Shown: positions 1 to 14,575, numbered from the stretch's first letter. The stretch is DNA of 64,000 nt from Octopus vulgaris (GCA_951406725.2 OX597832.1:62310001-62374000); one strand, 5' to 3'. Notes: generated by a model not told the origin, from the letters alone. A program made the numbers and translations.

Positions 1-332
1 CGTTCGAAGAAAACGTTGGTATTATTTCTAGAATGTATAAAATGGTGTAAAACAGTGCAATCTTCTCACCAGGTACTTGTATGAATTTTTGCTACCTTGG
101 TAACTATTTATTTATTTTTTCCGTGTTATTTGTAAACATTGAAATCTACTGGAAGCACAAAGCTTCAAATCTAGGGGGAGGGATTAAGTCCATTACATCG
201 GGCTAATGCATAACTGGTAATTATTTAATCAACCCAGAAAGGACGAAAGGCAAGGCCAACGCCGCCAGAATTTTAAATAATAATAATAATAATAGTAATA
301 ATAATAATAATAATAATGAGAAGAAGAAGAAG

Positions 333-428
<96 letters not shown>

Positions 429-429
429 C

Positions 430-833
430 ATTCTTTCTACTGTAGTCACAAGGCCCGAAATTTTTGGGAAGGGAGCCAGTCGGTTAGATCGACCTCAGTA
501 CGCAACTGGTATTTCATTTATCTACGCCGAAATGATGAAAGTGAAAGGCAAAGTCAACCTTGGCGGAATTTGAACTCAGAGCGTAAAGACACGAAATACC
601 TATTTTTTACTACCCACAAGGGGCTAGACACAGAGGGGACAAACAAGGACAGACAAACGAATCAAGTCGATTATTTCGGTTCTAGTACGCAACTGGTACT
701 TATTTAATCGACCCCGAAATGATGAAAGGCAAAGTCGACCTCGGCGGAATTTGAACTCAGAACGTAATGGCGGACGAAATACCACAAGGCATTTCGCCCG
801 GCGTGCTTAACGTTTCTGCCAGCTCGCCGCCTT
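430..833 (-). mobile_element. Family A tRNA-derived SINE (Nin/Deu-domain-like), dimeric copy
   Basis: Minus strand: GGCGAGCTGGCAGAA head, B-box GAGTTCAAATTCC, core GCCTTTCATC..TTCGGGGTCGAT..AAGTACCAG; core repeated after junction AAAAATAGGTATTTCG; ends ...TAGAAAGAAT then (TAC)n. Confidence 0.85.
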
Positions 834-837
834 AATG

Positions 838-903
<66 letters not shown>

Positions 904-905
<2 letters not shown>

Positions 906-1132
906 GTGCAAAAGATTGTCTTAACTGGTACATCACACGTATTGAGAAGAGCATTGTCGATGTGAGAACTGTTGCTGCTCATGTATTTTAATTTAACTTA
1001 AAAAAAAAAAAAAATGAACGAACTATTGAGTTTGGTTTAATGGCCTACCAATGTATACTATGAGTTTCTTTGCCCTAGGAGTCGGGAAGACAGTCGGCAA
1101 GAAATGTAAGCAAATTTGAAAGAAGAAAAAAA

Positions 1133-1133
<1 letters not shown>
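904..1133 (+). mobile_element. Extremely 5'-truncated R4/Dong retrotransposon copy in (TAA)n
   Basis: Near-identical to 26272-26498 (VQKIVLTGTSHVLRRALSM* plus 3' UTR); (TAA)n on both sides. Confidence 0.93.
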
Positions 1134-1193
<60 letters not shown>

Positions 1194-1222
1194 TAATAAT
1201 AATAATGATAATAATAATAATG

Positions 1223-1301
<79 letters not shown>

Positions 1302-1321
1302 CAATAATAATAAAAACAATA

Positions 1322-1352
<31 letters not shown>

Positions 1353-1904
1353 CTAAAGCTAATTAAGCATTATTGACAAGCGATATTTTCTAGTTGTTTT
1401 CAACATCAAATTGCTACCAACATAAATTAAATTAGTTGGTAATAAATTAATTTAAATCTGTGGCAGGATAAAATTAAATAATATTTCTGAAGAAGATTAA
1501 AATGAATGGTCAGTAGCTATTTATTTTATAATAGCTCTAAAGTGGGATAAAAGCCATAATTGACCAACGGTAAGAATCGACACGAAGAAAGTGGAAAAAT
1601 TGTTTGTGCTTTCATTAATATTTATTGTCCCGCTTTATTGTGGTTCAATAAACATATACTGTTTAATTTTTCAAATCATACATTCGAATTTCATATTGAT
1701 AACGAACAAATCAATCATAGCAAACTTATTGATTTTCCATTACAAAGAATAAGAAGCAAATTGTAATGATATATGTCCACGAAGGTGAATGCCTTTATGA
1801 CTATTGGTTCGGTTCTTCAACGACACTTTTACTGAATTTTATTATTTTCTTAACAATTTCAGTGGGTGAAATAACGGGCAGTAAAACATCAGCGAAGAAT
1901 AAAT

Positions 1905-2125
1905 AACCATTTCTACACTAGGCACAAAGGCCTGAAATGTTGGGAGAGGAGGCAAGTCGATTAGATCGAACCCAGTACGCAACTGGTACTTAATTTATTG
2001 AACCCCGAAATGATGAAAGGCAAAATTGACCTCGGCGGAATTAAACATTGAAAGGAAAAACGGAAGAAATGGCACTGAGCATGTTGTCCGGTGTGCTAAA
2101 AATTGTGCCATCTCGCTGGCTTTGA
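1905..2125 (-). mobile_element. Family A SINE, diverged
   Basis: AACTGGTACTTAATTTATTGAACCCCGAAATGATGAAAGGCAAAATTGACCTCGGCGGAA matches the family A core in reverse. Confidence 0.8.
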
Positions 2126-2169
2126 AATAATAATAATAGCCCTTTCTACTATAGACATAAGGTCTTTAA

Positions 2170-2312
<143 letters not shown>

Positions 2313-2316
2313 TAAA

Positions 2317-2348
<32 letters not shown>

Positions 2349-2789
2349 TGATAATAATTATAATAATAATGAAAATGATATTACTTCTTGATGATTTCCC
2401 AGTATTTTTGTCTCTTTCCATTTACTCAGAAAGACTCTACATGCCGCTTAAGATCGGCCATAAAAGTAACATAACGACAACGATCAATTATCTCTACAAC
2501 GATCCTCTAGTTTATCCAATACAGCATTTAATTGAGGCGAGGAGCTTTTCCCTTTCGTGCTCGGCCTTCATCAGGATAAGGCCTTCGTTTTTCAATATCG
2601 ACATTGCAATAGCTCCATGAAAAGCAGAGTTAAAGGATATGCATTTGGTATTCACGTATATATTCCCAATATTGAGTTAATGCCGTTTATTAAAAGCGAG
2701 GAATTACTATTCTTTTTTTTCTTTTCTTTTTTTGACGTGAAGAAGAACTTTTCAATTGAAAGAATGGGATTTTCAGAATCCATTTATCA

Positions 2790-3150
2790 TTTATGATCAG
2801 TCCAACCAGATAAAGCAATGAAGTTTGTAAAATAATTTACGTTCAATACTTTCTGGAAGAAAGTGAATATATGATCGCTTGCTGTCCTACGTGTACCCCA
2901 TGAATTATTTTTCTGTTTGGCAGATATCAGCAAATACTTTTCCGATTTCTGAAAATAAACCCTCGTGCTCTTGGTAGATTTTTCGATCCTTCGATATAGA
3001 TTTAACAGAGGAGACATTCAGTAAGGGTGAAACCCTGCGGTGTCTAAAAATCTCTTTACATCGATGAATGACGTGTGTTCTGAACGCAAGCACATCGTCT
3101 TAAATGTGCAGATGTTCGATGGCGCAAAATAACAGCGAACCGGTCAGAAT
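2790..3150 (-). pseudogene. Possible heavily decayed mariner transposase fragment
   Basis: ASDHIFTFFQKVLNVNYFTNF resembles mariner APSDYHLF..LQN.L....F. Confidence 0.3.
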
Positions 3151-3222
3151 GCATTGAGAATGAAGAAACAAGTTGTGGCTTGGACTGCATTTTTGCCTGA
3201 TAGACATCAGCAAAAAAATTCC

Positions 3223-3438
3223 TTACTCTTTTGCTTGTTTCAGTCATTTGACTACGGCCATGCTGGAGCACCTGCCTTTAGTCGAGCAAATCGACCCCGG
3301 GACTTATTCTTTGTAAGCCCGGTACTTATTCTATCGGCTCTTATGTGGAACCGCTAAGTTACGGAGACATAAACACACTAGCATCGGTTGTCAAGCAATG
3401 CTAGGGGGACAAACACAGTCACACAAACGTACACACAT

Positions 3439-3497
<59 letters not shown>

Positions 3498-3665
3498 TAC
3501 GACGGCCTTCTCTTGAGTTTCCGTCTACGAAATCCACTCACAAGGCTTTGTTCGGCCCGAGGTTATAGTAGAAGACACTTGCCCAGGGTGCCATGCAGTG
3601 GGACTGAACTCGGAACCATGTAGTTGGTAAGCAAGTTACTTACCCCACAGCGAAGCCTGTGCCTA
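3223..3665 (-). mobile_element. Family B tRNA-derived SINE (CORE-like, internal microsatellite), full length
   Basis: Reverse of head ..GTGG.GTAAG..GGTTCCGAGTTCAGTCCC, GGCACCCTGGGCAAGTGTCTT core, internal (TA)/(TG) tract, tail GCTCCAGCATGGCC..GACTGAAACAAG..AAGAGTAA. Confidence 0.9.
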
Positions 3666-4084
3666 TAAACAATCCCACGTAATCTTGTCAGATTTAACGG
3701 ATAGACTAGTTTCGAATTTTCCAGAAAGTATTAAGATTAAGGAGATGCATAATTGTTTGAATTCTTGTTGTTTTGCGTTCACCTCATGAAAATAAATTGA
3801 CAGACTTAAATATTGATTTGCAAACAACAATTTCATTGTAAAACACATGGGCCAACAACAGGAATGTCTAGTCACCTCTTACGATATTTCAAAATTAATT
3901 CAACCATAAGCAACACCACATAGTACTGATAAATCTCTCGACCTACCAGCTGTAACTAAATTTATACCCTCGTATACCGCTGCATAAGACGGGTTTTTTT
4001 TTACTTAAATGTAACAAATTGACGTGCGTCTAAAGCGATGGTATTCGGTTGGGAAACCGAATATAGGTGGGGTGTAATCATTTT

Positions 4085-4265
4085 CTGTGTATCTGTCATT
4101 TGTTTTAATCATGAGACTACGGCCATGCTGGGGCATCACCTTGAAGAATTTGCAGTCGAATGAATCAACGCTAGTATTTCGTTTTGTTTAACTTAATACT
4201 TTTTTCTGGCGGTCAAATTTGCCAGATCGCTTACTTACAGGGATATAAACACACCAACACCGGTA
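4085..4265 (-). mobile_element. Family B SINE 3' fragment, diverged
   Basis: GACTACGGCCATGCTGGGGCATCACC...ATAAACACACCAACACCGG. Confidence 0.65.
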
Positions 4266-4792
4266 GAACAATCACTTTGTGGCAATTAGACCAAATATCA
4301 AACCTGCTGGTGAGATAATCTCAAAGATCAAAGATTATCCAAAAGTGACATGTCGTTAAATAATAGAATTTAGAATCTTCGAGAAAAGTTGAAGTAATTC
4401 GTTGGAAAGGCTGAAATCGAAGTAACTACAGCTATAAATGAAAAATAAAAGCATCGGAGGGGCGATGCATACCCTGCAGGCAGATAATTTTTTTCGCAAA
4501 TTATGATGTGGCTTCCAATACGTTGGTCAACCATTCTTATTAGTTGAACTGAAGTAATTTCTGGGTTTTTTCTGGGTATTTATACTCTGGCGAAATTAAG
4601 AAGATAACTTACAAATAATCGAAACCCTCGAATCTATCACTGTACACACACACATAACTGTGTACGTATTTATGTATGTGTGTATGCATGCATGTACATA
4701 TGTATGTAGGTACGTATGTATTATGTATATATTATATATGTATGCTTATACATATAGACATGAAATATATGTATGTGTATACATACACACAT

Positions 4793-4835
<43 letters not shown>

Positions 4836-5464
4836 CATATACATACATACACATACATATTTATGTAAGTAGGTATTTTGTATGTATGCATGCATGCATG
4901 CATGCATACCCCAGCATATTATTTCACAATTTTTCTATATCGGAGGCAACAATTTTTTCTAGGCATGAGGCTGTTGATACATGTCATTGAAAAGGACCAA
5001 AAGGAACTAAATGCATGTGGTCCCCTCGTTGGTCTCAGATGGCCGATCTTTATTGCTCTCGATACAACACCCACGGAAGAAGTGGCCTGTCGACGCTATA
5101 TATACATTAGTATGATGCTTAGATGGCAATTTTAAAAATAAAACTGCAATTGATGTATTGATATCAGTGATATCGAACCCATTACCTGGTATATGATGAT
5201 AAGATTTATAGGATGAGATCAATTAACATTAAAATAAAAAAAAAAAGAAATTAAAAAATGCTTTTCAAATCCTTTTCTGTCTTTTTGTTTAATTTGTTCA
5301 TCAAAATATAATGATCGACGATAGACTAACGTAAGATTCTTAGGTGAAAATTAAGTGGTCGTGTGATACTTTGAGCTAAGATGATATTCTGAATGATCAT
5401 AAGACTTGGTGAGAAATAAATTGCTATTTATCGTTTACTTTTCAATAGAGGAGGATTTGCCATG

Positions 5465-5690
5465 CTTTACACATTTCAGTCGTTTGACAGCGGCCATGAT
5501 AAAATGATAGAGCACGGCCTTTAGTCGAACAAATCGACCACAGGACCGATTATTTGTAAGCCTAGTACTTATTCTATCGCTCTCTGTTACCGAACTGCTA
5601 AGTTTCGGGGACATAAACACACCAACATCGGTTGTCAAGTGATGGTGGGGGACATACATAAACACAAAGACATACACACACAGGCACACA
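5465..5690 (-). mobile_element. Family B SINE 3' half
   Basis: TTTCAGTCGTTTGACAGCGGCCATG...AAACACACCAACATCGGTTGTCAAG. Confidence 0.8.
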
Positions 5691-5720
5691 CATACACATA
5701 CATACATACACACACACACA

Positions 5721-5777
<57 letters not shown>

Positions 5778-6496
5778 GTATTTATGCATACATATATGTC
5801 CGCATGTAGATACATTATTTATATAAATATATATATTTATCTTTATTTATATGTACATATGTGAACACACATATACATAGCACGTGCAAGCATATATATC
5901 ATATATATATATATATACATACATACATGCAGGCATACATACATGTATATTAGGGGCGCAGATTTCTGAATCTTCATATTCGATTACATAGGAACCACAC
6001 GTCTGAACATCAGTATAATAAATATAATTACTGAGCGTATGTATAAATATATATACACTATGTATATGTGTATACTACATGCATATACGCATACATACAT
6101 ACACACACATATATATGTGTGAATATATGAATATATACATAGGTTCTACTCATTTTCATATATGTAATGTGCTATTAAGTCAAACGTCAGCATTTCCCTA
6201 TTAGACATAGCGTGCTTAAAACCTTCATATTTGAGAATATTCTATCATTTCATCTAAAAAAATTATCCTATTATATTCCGCATGAATTACAGCAAAAATT
6301 TTATAGCCTCTATCACGAACTATCATTGCCACATACACATATATAAAGAACATGCACAGGCACATACACACACACATATACACACGTATAGACACGTACA
6401 CACATAAGAATATATGTGGATAGGTGCAGTTCTAAGTATGGGTCACATATATCTGCTCATATGAGACGTATGTATATATATATATATATGTGTGTG

Positions 6497-6539
<43 letters not shown>

Positions 6540-6721
6540 ATTTATATATATATATATATACATATATACATATATACATATATATAGATAGATAGATATA
6601 CATATATACAAAGATGTATACATGCGTACATATATAGGAACAAACGTACATGCATATATATATGCATATACATATACATATAGATATATGTATACATATA
6701 TACATATATATATATATATGT

Positions 6722-6781
<60 letters not shown>

Positions 6782-7045
6782 GTATATACAGGAATGTATT
6801 TTCGGTATCTTTATGTGTAATAGTGTATGTACTAACATAAATATATTTATAATATATGTATATTTACATACACTAAGATATAAAATGAAACGCAAAATAC
6901 TCGTTATCTAAGTGAAAATTAATATCACCATCGATATATATGTATATACATATATATCTGCGTGTGTGTGTGTGTGTATAAACATATATATATATATTTT
7001 TAAATATAATTATATAAATATGTAAATATATATATAAATATATGA

Positions 7046-7094
<49 letters not shown>

Positions 7095-7111
7095 GTATAT
7101 GCATATATATC

Positions 7112-7163
<52 letters not shown>

Positions 7164-7705
7164 ATATATGCGCATGCTTATACATATAGACATGAAATAT
7201 ATGTCTGTGTATACATACACACGCACACACACACAAATATATATATACATATATATACATACACATACATATTTATGTAAGTATATGTACATACACATAT
7301 GTATGTATACATTAACAGACAGGCATAGATACCGCAATATACATTATTGGTTTGTAAATGCACATCTAACATTCGTTTGTATACGTTCATTTTCTCCCGT
7401 AACGTAAATTTACACACTGCACGCATATCGGTACATGCTAGTATGTGCGCACTGTAAACAATGTAAATAAGTTTTATAGATGCATGCAACGATGTCTATG
7501 AAAGTGTGTTTATGTTTGCGTATTTGGGAGTATGCATATAATGCGTTATCGATTATATAGCACGCTTGTATCTCCATGCACCGTTTTTGTTATCAATATA
7601 TCTAATTTCCTGTATCTTCGAAAATTCCTCTCCATAATGAAAGAGAGATATGGTTTCCTGGATATGAAGCACATTTATACATATATACATGCATACATAC
7701 ATACA

Positions 7706-7739
<34 letters not shown>

Positions 7740-8012
7740 CATACATGCATACATACTTATATACATATGCATGTGTGTGCGTGCGTGCGTCTGTGAGTGT
7801 GTGTGTGAAACAATTCAATCGAACTAAATGGTTAAATAGACATACACAAACACACTTATATATTTTTATCTATACACATATATACATGTTTATATGTTTG
7901 TGAATGTATGTGTGTATGTGTGTCTGTGTGTGTCTCTGGGTGTACATATAGTAATCGTGTACTATGTGAATATGCATATATATATGTCTATGCTTATATA
8001 TATATGTAAATA

Positions 8013-8073
<61 letters not shown>

Positions 8074-8086
8074 GTATTTGTGTATA

Positions 8087-8125
<39 letters not shown>

Positions 8126-8419
8126 GTTGTACGTATTTGTATATATAATGTATGTATATATATGTATATATGCATATATATATACATGCACACATATATA
8201 CATGCATACATACATACATACATACATACATTACATCCATGTTCTTGAAGTCACTTCCTCGTTTCACTAACGAAAAAAAGTCACATATTGTGTTTAACAC
8301 ACCGTTAACATCCAAACATGAAAGTCGCTGACCGATTGTGAACGCATGAGAAATTTTTCACTTTTTTTTCTCTCCATAAATAATAGTACTCCATGTGAAT
8401 TATTGATCTTAAATGGCCA

Positions 8420-8530
8420 AGTTTAGCGGGAAGTGTGGGTCAATTACATCGTCCACATTATTCAATTGGTACTTATTTTATCGATCCCGAAACAATGGAA
8501 AGCAAAGTCAACCTCGGGTGAAATGAATTG
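8420..8530 (-). mobile_element. Family A SINE core fragment
   Basis: TTGGTACTTATTTTATCGATCCCGAAACAATGGAAAGCAAAGTCAACCTCGG. Confidence 0.65.
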
Positions 8531-10513
8531 AAAGTATTTAAGTGTAATACATTGACTGGAATTTCTTTATAAAGTTTACATGATATGCTTTAAATTTATA
8601 TTGTTTTAAATATTCACACAATCTCACGGACACAAGTACGGACAGAAACACACACACATACACGCGCAAAAAAACACACATACGCACGCTCACGCATACA
8701 CACACAAACACACACGCACACACATGTACACACACAAACACAAACACACACACAAATATACATATACACACACACGTGCAAGTACATGCAAGTACACGCA
8801 GGCACATACGCAAAAACACACATACACACATACACATGCACACGCACGCACAGGCATACACAGACACAAGCATACTCACACACACACACTTACATACACA
8901 AACACAAACACACACACGCATGTACACACACACACACGCAAGCAAACACACACACATACGCGCGCGAAAACACACACATAGGCACGCACGCACACGCATA
9001 CATTCATTTATTATATTTATATGTGTTCGAAATGGGACGATTCGTCGCTGCAGTTTCGACGCAAGAGTTTTGACAGGGCTTTTGGAGAGACTATGTTTTG
9101 GCACTGCTGACACATACGCACACACAAACAACACAGACCCACCCACCGGCATACACATAGACATAGTTGGAGAGGTATAGGGAGAGAAAGCGTTGAGGGA
9201 GGAAGCGAGGGAGAGGAAAATAGAAAGAAGATAATCCAATTTATTAATTGAATAGAATTGACATAGAAACTTTTGTTATCATACGAATAAAAAATATGCT
9301 AACACACATAAAATAATATACCCTCATATATAAACAAAGAGAAGGAAAAGCAGGGAGTGTGAGAGAGAAAAATTGAGAGAAAGAGTGAGAGAGATAGAAA
9401 GGAGAGAGAGAACGAGAGAAACATTACGCGCCGCCAAAACGGCTGCGCCGAAATGTCTCGTACCATTATCAGTTGGTTTGATTTGTGTGAATTATCTTTA
9501 CAACGCGGCCTTCCCCAATTGACTTCAGTTAAAAAGGGGCATTATAAAAGAGCAAATACTCGCAAGGTGTCGCTGCATCACGTGGCGGAACGTGTAAACC
9601 TGTATTTATTTACTCACCATTATCTTCTAGATGAAGGACCTCGTCTGAGGACGTGTGCGAAATATCAAATGTATGCCACGGGTGGTTTTTCTGTCCGTTG
9701 TGTTTGTATCACATAGACGTGAACACACACAAAAATATGCGAAGTGTTCAGGGATTTTTACATTATTTACATTATTTGACGGATATTTGTCCTCATCTTG
9801 TTTATTGTTAGAAGACAATTATCCGTAAAATGTAAATAATGTAAATAATGTATATAATTCCTCATCTCTTAAATATAGAACTGTATTATTCATGGACATA
9901 AATATGTGTGCGTAATTATGGGCCTGGGTGTATATATGCATGTGCGTGTGTGTGCGTGCGCGTACATGCGTATGTGTGTGTGTGTTTTTGTGTGTGTGTA
10001 CATGCGTGTGTGTGTACATGCGTGTGTGTGTATGTGTACGTTTATGTGTGTGTTTGTGTGTGTGTATGTGTGTGTATGTGTGTGTATGTGTGTGTGCGCG
10101 TATGTGCGTGCATGCCTAGTTTTCAATGCACCATATGCGAAACAGCTTACATATGGTCTGGGAAAAGATTATTAATGGAATCTTCCTATTTTCTCTCAGA
10201 CTTGTCTTTTAGCTCTCTTTATTCTAAGAGGTCAAAGAGAGAGATGCCTTTTAGAATTGGTCGCCCCGATATATATACATATTATACGGTATTACCTTAT
10301 CACGGCATCGACCAGACTATCTAATATTGTTAGACATCGCCGTTCACGGTGTGCTTCTTATTTAAACTCCCGAAAGACCCCATCTCGCTGACCAGGTGGG
10401 CAGGACAACGCCGGCCCTTAACAGAACCCCAGTTCATCGCAGGGAACCCAATTACTGCTTGCTGAACTATATATATGTATATGTGTGTTAGTGCGTGTGT
10501 GTGTGTGGGGGGC

Positions 10514-10741
10514 TACCTGTTACAGTCATGTGACTGCGGCAATGGTGGAGCACCGCCTTGAAGACTATTTAGTCGAATGTATCGACCTCAGTATATATTT
10601 TTTATGAGCCTGGTTCTTATTCTATCTGTGACCTTTGAGAACCGCTACGTTACGGGGAACATAAACACACCAAAGCACACACACACACACACACATACTT
10701 ATACATACATGCATGCATACATACATACATACATACATACA

Positions 10742-10775
<34 letters not shown>

Positions 10776-10925
10776 CGACAGTCTTCTTTCAGTTTATGTC
10801 CAGAAAATCTACACACAAAGCTTTGGTCGGCACCTAGGCTTTAGTAGAAGACACCTGCACGAGGTGCCACGCAGTGTGACTGAAACCGGGACCTTGTGGT
10901 TGGTAAGCAAGCTTCTAACCATACA
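10514..10925 (-). mobile_element. Family B SINE
   Basis: Same head, core and tail as 3223-3665, internal (CA)/(CATA) tract. Confidence 0.85.
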
Positions 10926-11030
10926 CACACACATATACGTGTATATGTGTGTTTATAAATAAATGTCCGCAAGTTCCTTTCACGTATTATACATGCACAC
11001 ATGATACATTCATATATCCACATGTATCCG

Positions 11031-11061
<31 letters not shown>

Positions 11062-11286
11062 GAAGTGACATGGAGTACGTATATCGAACCCAGTTCCGGA
11101 GCACGGAAAAACGTGCAAGTTACAGGAAACTTGGTGCACCTAACATATGAAGCTCTCAAGTATGATACCTGCACCACATACAAACACGCGATCACACATA
11201 CGGAACCACATATAACCATACACGCACACACAGTATTTATATACATATATATGTGTGTGTGTGTGTGAGTGCGTGTGTGGGAAGTC

Positions 11287-11324
<38 letters not shown>

Positions 11325-11356
11325 AGTGTGTATGTATATATATATTCATATCTCTA

Positions 11357-11404
<48 letters not shown>

Positions 11405-11565
11405 CACACACACACACAAATACACACACACACGCATATATATATATATATATGTATGTATATCATCTCTTGATTTTTTCTGATGACTTGCACATTCTCT
11501 ATGTTAACACTGTTTATGTGTTTGCTTGCGTGCCTTTCTCTCACCTCGTCCCTCCTGTCTCTCTG

Positions 11566-11619
<54 letters not shown>

Positions 11620-12126
11620 CATCCGCATGTGTGTACACATGCTTCAGTATAATGCATAAATATATTGATTGACAGACGAATACGTATGTGTAGCCGTACA
11701 TATAAATTAACCGAGATAATCCCATAGAATCCCAACTGGTTCCCTGTTTAGAAACCTTTAATACATCCTTGAACCGTGTCATGCTAACCTTGTCTCCTTC
11801 AACATCAACAAAATCTCGATCATTATGCGCATCCAGCTGACATTAATCATAGCACATCATAGTTAAATATTAGCATCACGCAACTAGCGCCCTCACCATC
11901 CAGCAAATGTCACTCTTCACAATTACTATGGAGCCTACCTGCCGATCTCAGAACTCGAAGACTGCATTTTACTCAGCTGCAAAAGAAAACGTTCAACGTC
12001 AGACAATAATGAAACTTTTGTAATTCTTACGTGAGTTTCGCGGTTGAAAATTGTTGCTGTAGCTGGGACGGTCCTGCTGATATAAAGGAATACATAACCA
12101 TTATAGTATACAGGACAAATATTCTT

Positions 12127-12630
12127 AAGGCAGTGAGATGGCAGAATTCTTTGCTGGACGAAATGCTTAGCGGTATTTCGTCTGCGTTACGTTCTCAGTT
12201 CAAATTCCGCCGAGGTCGACTTTGCCTTTCATCCTTTCGGGGTCGATAAATTAAGTACCAGTTACGCACTGGGGTCAATGTAATCGACTTAATACCTATG
12301 TCTGTCCTTGTTCGTCCCCTCTGTGTTTAGCCCCTTGTGGGCAGTAAAGAAATAGGTATTTCGACTGCCGCTACGTTCTGTGTTCAAATTCCACCGAGGT
12401 CGACTTTGCCTTTCATCCTTTCGGGGTCGATTAAATAAGTACCAGTTACGCACTGGGGTCGATATAATCGACTTAATCGGTTTGTCTGTCCTTGTTTGTC
12501 CTTTCTGTGTTTAGCCCCTAGGGGGCAGTAAAGAAATAGGTATTTCGTCTGCCGTTACGTTCTGAGTTCAAATTCCACCGTGGTCGACTTTGCCTTTCAT
12601 CCTTTCGAGCTCGATCTATTAAGTACCAGC
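12127..12630 (+). mobile_element. Family A SINE concatemer (head plus about 2.5 tandem ~183-bp units)
   Basis: GGTATTTCG.CTG unit start recurs at ~12172, ~12355, ~12539; each later unit preceded by AAAGAAATA. Confidence 0.9.
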
Positions 12631-12631
12631 A

Positions 12632-12900
12632 AAACACCCCTATATCGCAAACCAACGCCCAAGCCATGTATTAAACAAATAATCCGCGATGTAACATCGG
12701 ATAACTCTGCCAATATAGAACCCGCTACATGTCTTTCCATGTTTTGGAAACTATTCAAAACCGACGTTAACAAATACAATACCATAACTCTCAGAGAGAC
12801 ACAAAAGCTACGGGGCACATCCAGACCTCCACTCCCACCGGTCCACACAAATAAAGAACAACAAAGCTGTCGCCACTTCTAGCATTCTTCTTGATTTTTC
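12632..12900 (+). pseudogene. Penelope-like element GIY-YIG C-terminal fragment, frameshifted
   Basis: Across frames NSAN..RTRYMSFHVLETIQ...TITLRE...QTSTPTG resembles the PLE end HFN..H...M...LE...RE..WI..L.T..P.GLN. Confidence 0.45.
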
Positions 12901-13059
12901 ATTCAAGAATTCCACTTTATATCTCAATTTCCAGCTTAAAACCGTCATTTTCGTGCCTATTCTCTATGTTTCGCCTTTTCTCAGAACATATGTGTGCGTG
13001 CGTAAGCACGTGCGCGTAGGTTTACGTTCGCACACCTGATATGCATGGACGTATGTGTG

Positions 13060-13092
<33 letters not shown>

Positions 13093-13245
13093 ACACACAC
13101 ACATATATATATATATTCACATAGGTATATATGCGTGTTTGAAAGTGTGTGTTTGCATATAGTTATATATATGTATATGTATATGTATATGCATGTATGT
13201 ATATATATATACATATCTATATATACATATACATAAATATTTATA

Positions 13246-13302
<57 letters not shown>

Positions 13303-14084
13303 GTACGTATGTATATATGTGTGTATGTATGTACGTATATACATAAGTGTATTTATGTTTGGTTTTGTACTTACATCTGACGTTTTACAATATTTCTATT
13401 TCTTCGCTTCACTTTCAATTATACTTTCTTCCTTATCCAAATATCTTCCGCCAATCACAGCTGCATTGAAGTACAAACAGGCTCCCATAATCAAACAACA
13501 CTGCCCACTACAAACATACAGAATTACACACACCTACACACACACACTCTCACACACAAATATGGAAGCACTCACTCGCAAACACAAAAAGCCAGCGCAC
13601 CCACACGCATAGAAGCAATAATACGAACGTTGACATATTCCTAAAAACGTTCATAGAATCGTACATGAAGAGGATCTTCGAGGCCCACCACTCACACACA
13701 TGAATCCATTGTCGAAATGATTCCTGCAACAACCATAACCACCTTCACCAACGCCGCCACCAGCCTCAACAACATCATAACCAGCAACATCAGTATCAGT
13801 TACTTCTCATCGCAGAGAATATATATGTGTCTCCCATAGAAACCATTATGCATACGGTGACATCTATGTAACCATGGTTATAAGTGAAAAGTAGAAAACC
13901 TTTCGGAGACATCTTGCCAGCTTCCATCTCTCTGTGCCATATAAAGAGAGTCACAAACACACACATAATCTTGAAGATGTGAATAAATATCTGTGGTGTG
14001 TTTGTGTGTGTGTCTGTGTGTATGTGTGGAAGGTATCGCCCTCCCCATCGCCTCACTCATTTCAAGGGAGATAATCATTAACCG

Positions 14085-14533
14085 TTTATCCTGTCTCTTG
14101 TTTGTTTCAATATTTAACCTGCGGCCATGCTGTGGCACCGCATTGAAGAGGTTTTGCTCAAACGAATTGACACCCAGTACATTTTTTAAAAAGCAGCGCT
14201 CAGTCTATCTCTTTCCCTTGTCGAACCGCTAGTTTACACGAACGTAAACACATCAACACCAAATGCCAGGTGGTAGCGGGGGGAAAACACAGACACGGCA
14301 ATACACATATACATAAACATATGTGTGTATGTGTATATACTCTTTACTCTTTACTTTTTTACTCTTTTATTTGTTTCAGTCATTTGACTGTGGCCATGCT
14401 GGAGCATGGACTTATTCTTTGTAAGCCTAGTACTATCGGTCACTTTTGCCGAACCGCTAAGTTACGGGGACGTAAACACACCAGCATCGGTTGTCAAGCG
14501 ATGTTGGGGGGACAAACACAGACACACAAACAC

Positions 14534-14575
<42 letters not shown>

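Noticed and set aside
2552-2575. Minus-strand CTGATGA-AGGCCGAGCAC-GAAA hammerhead-like motif
   Set aside because: Stem II imperfect; no stem III, cleavage triplet or stem I
4900-5220. Possible piggyBac fragment (AVDT..., RKKWP)
   Set aside because: Motifs are in different frames and spacing is unconvincing
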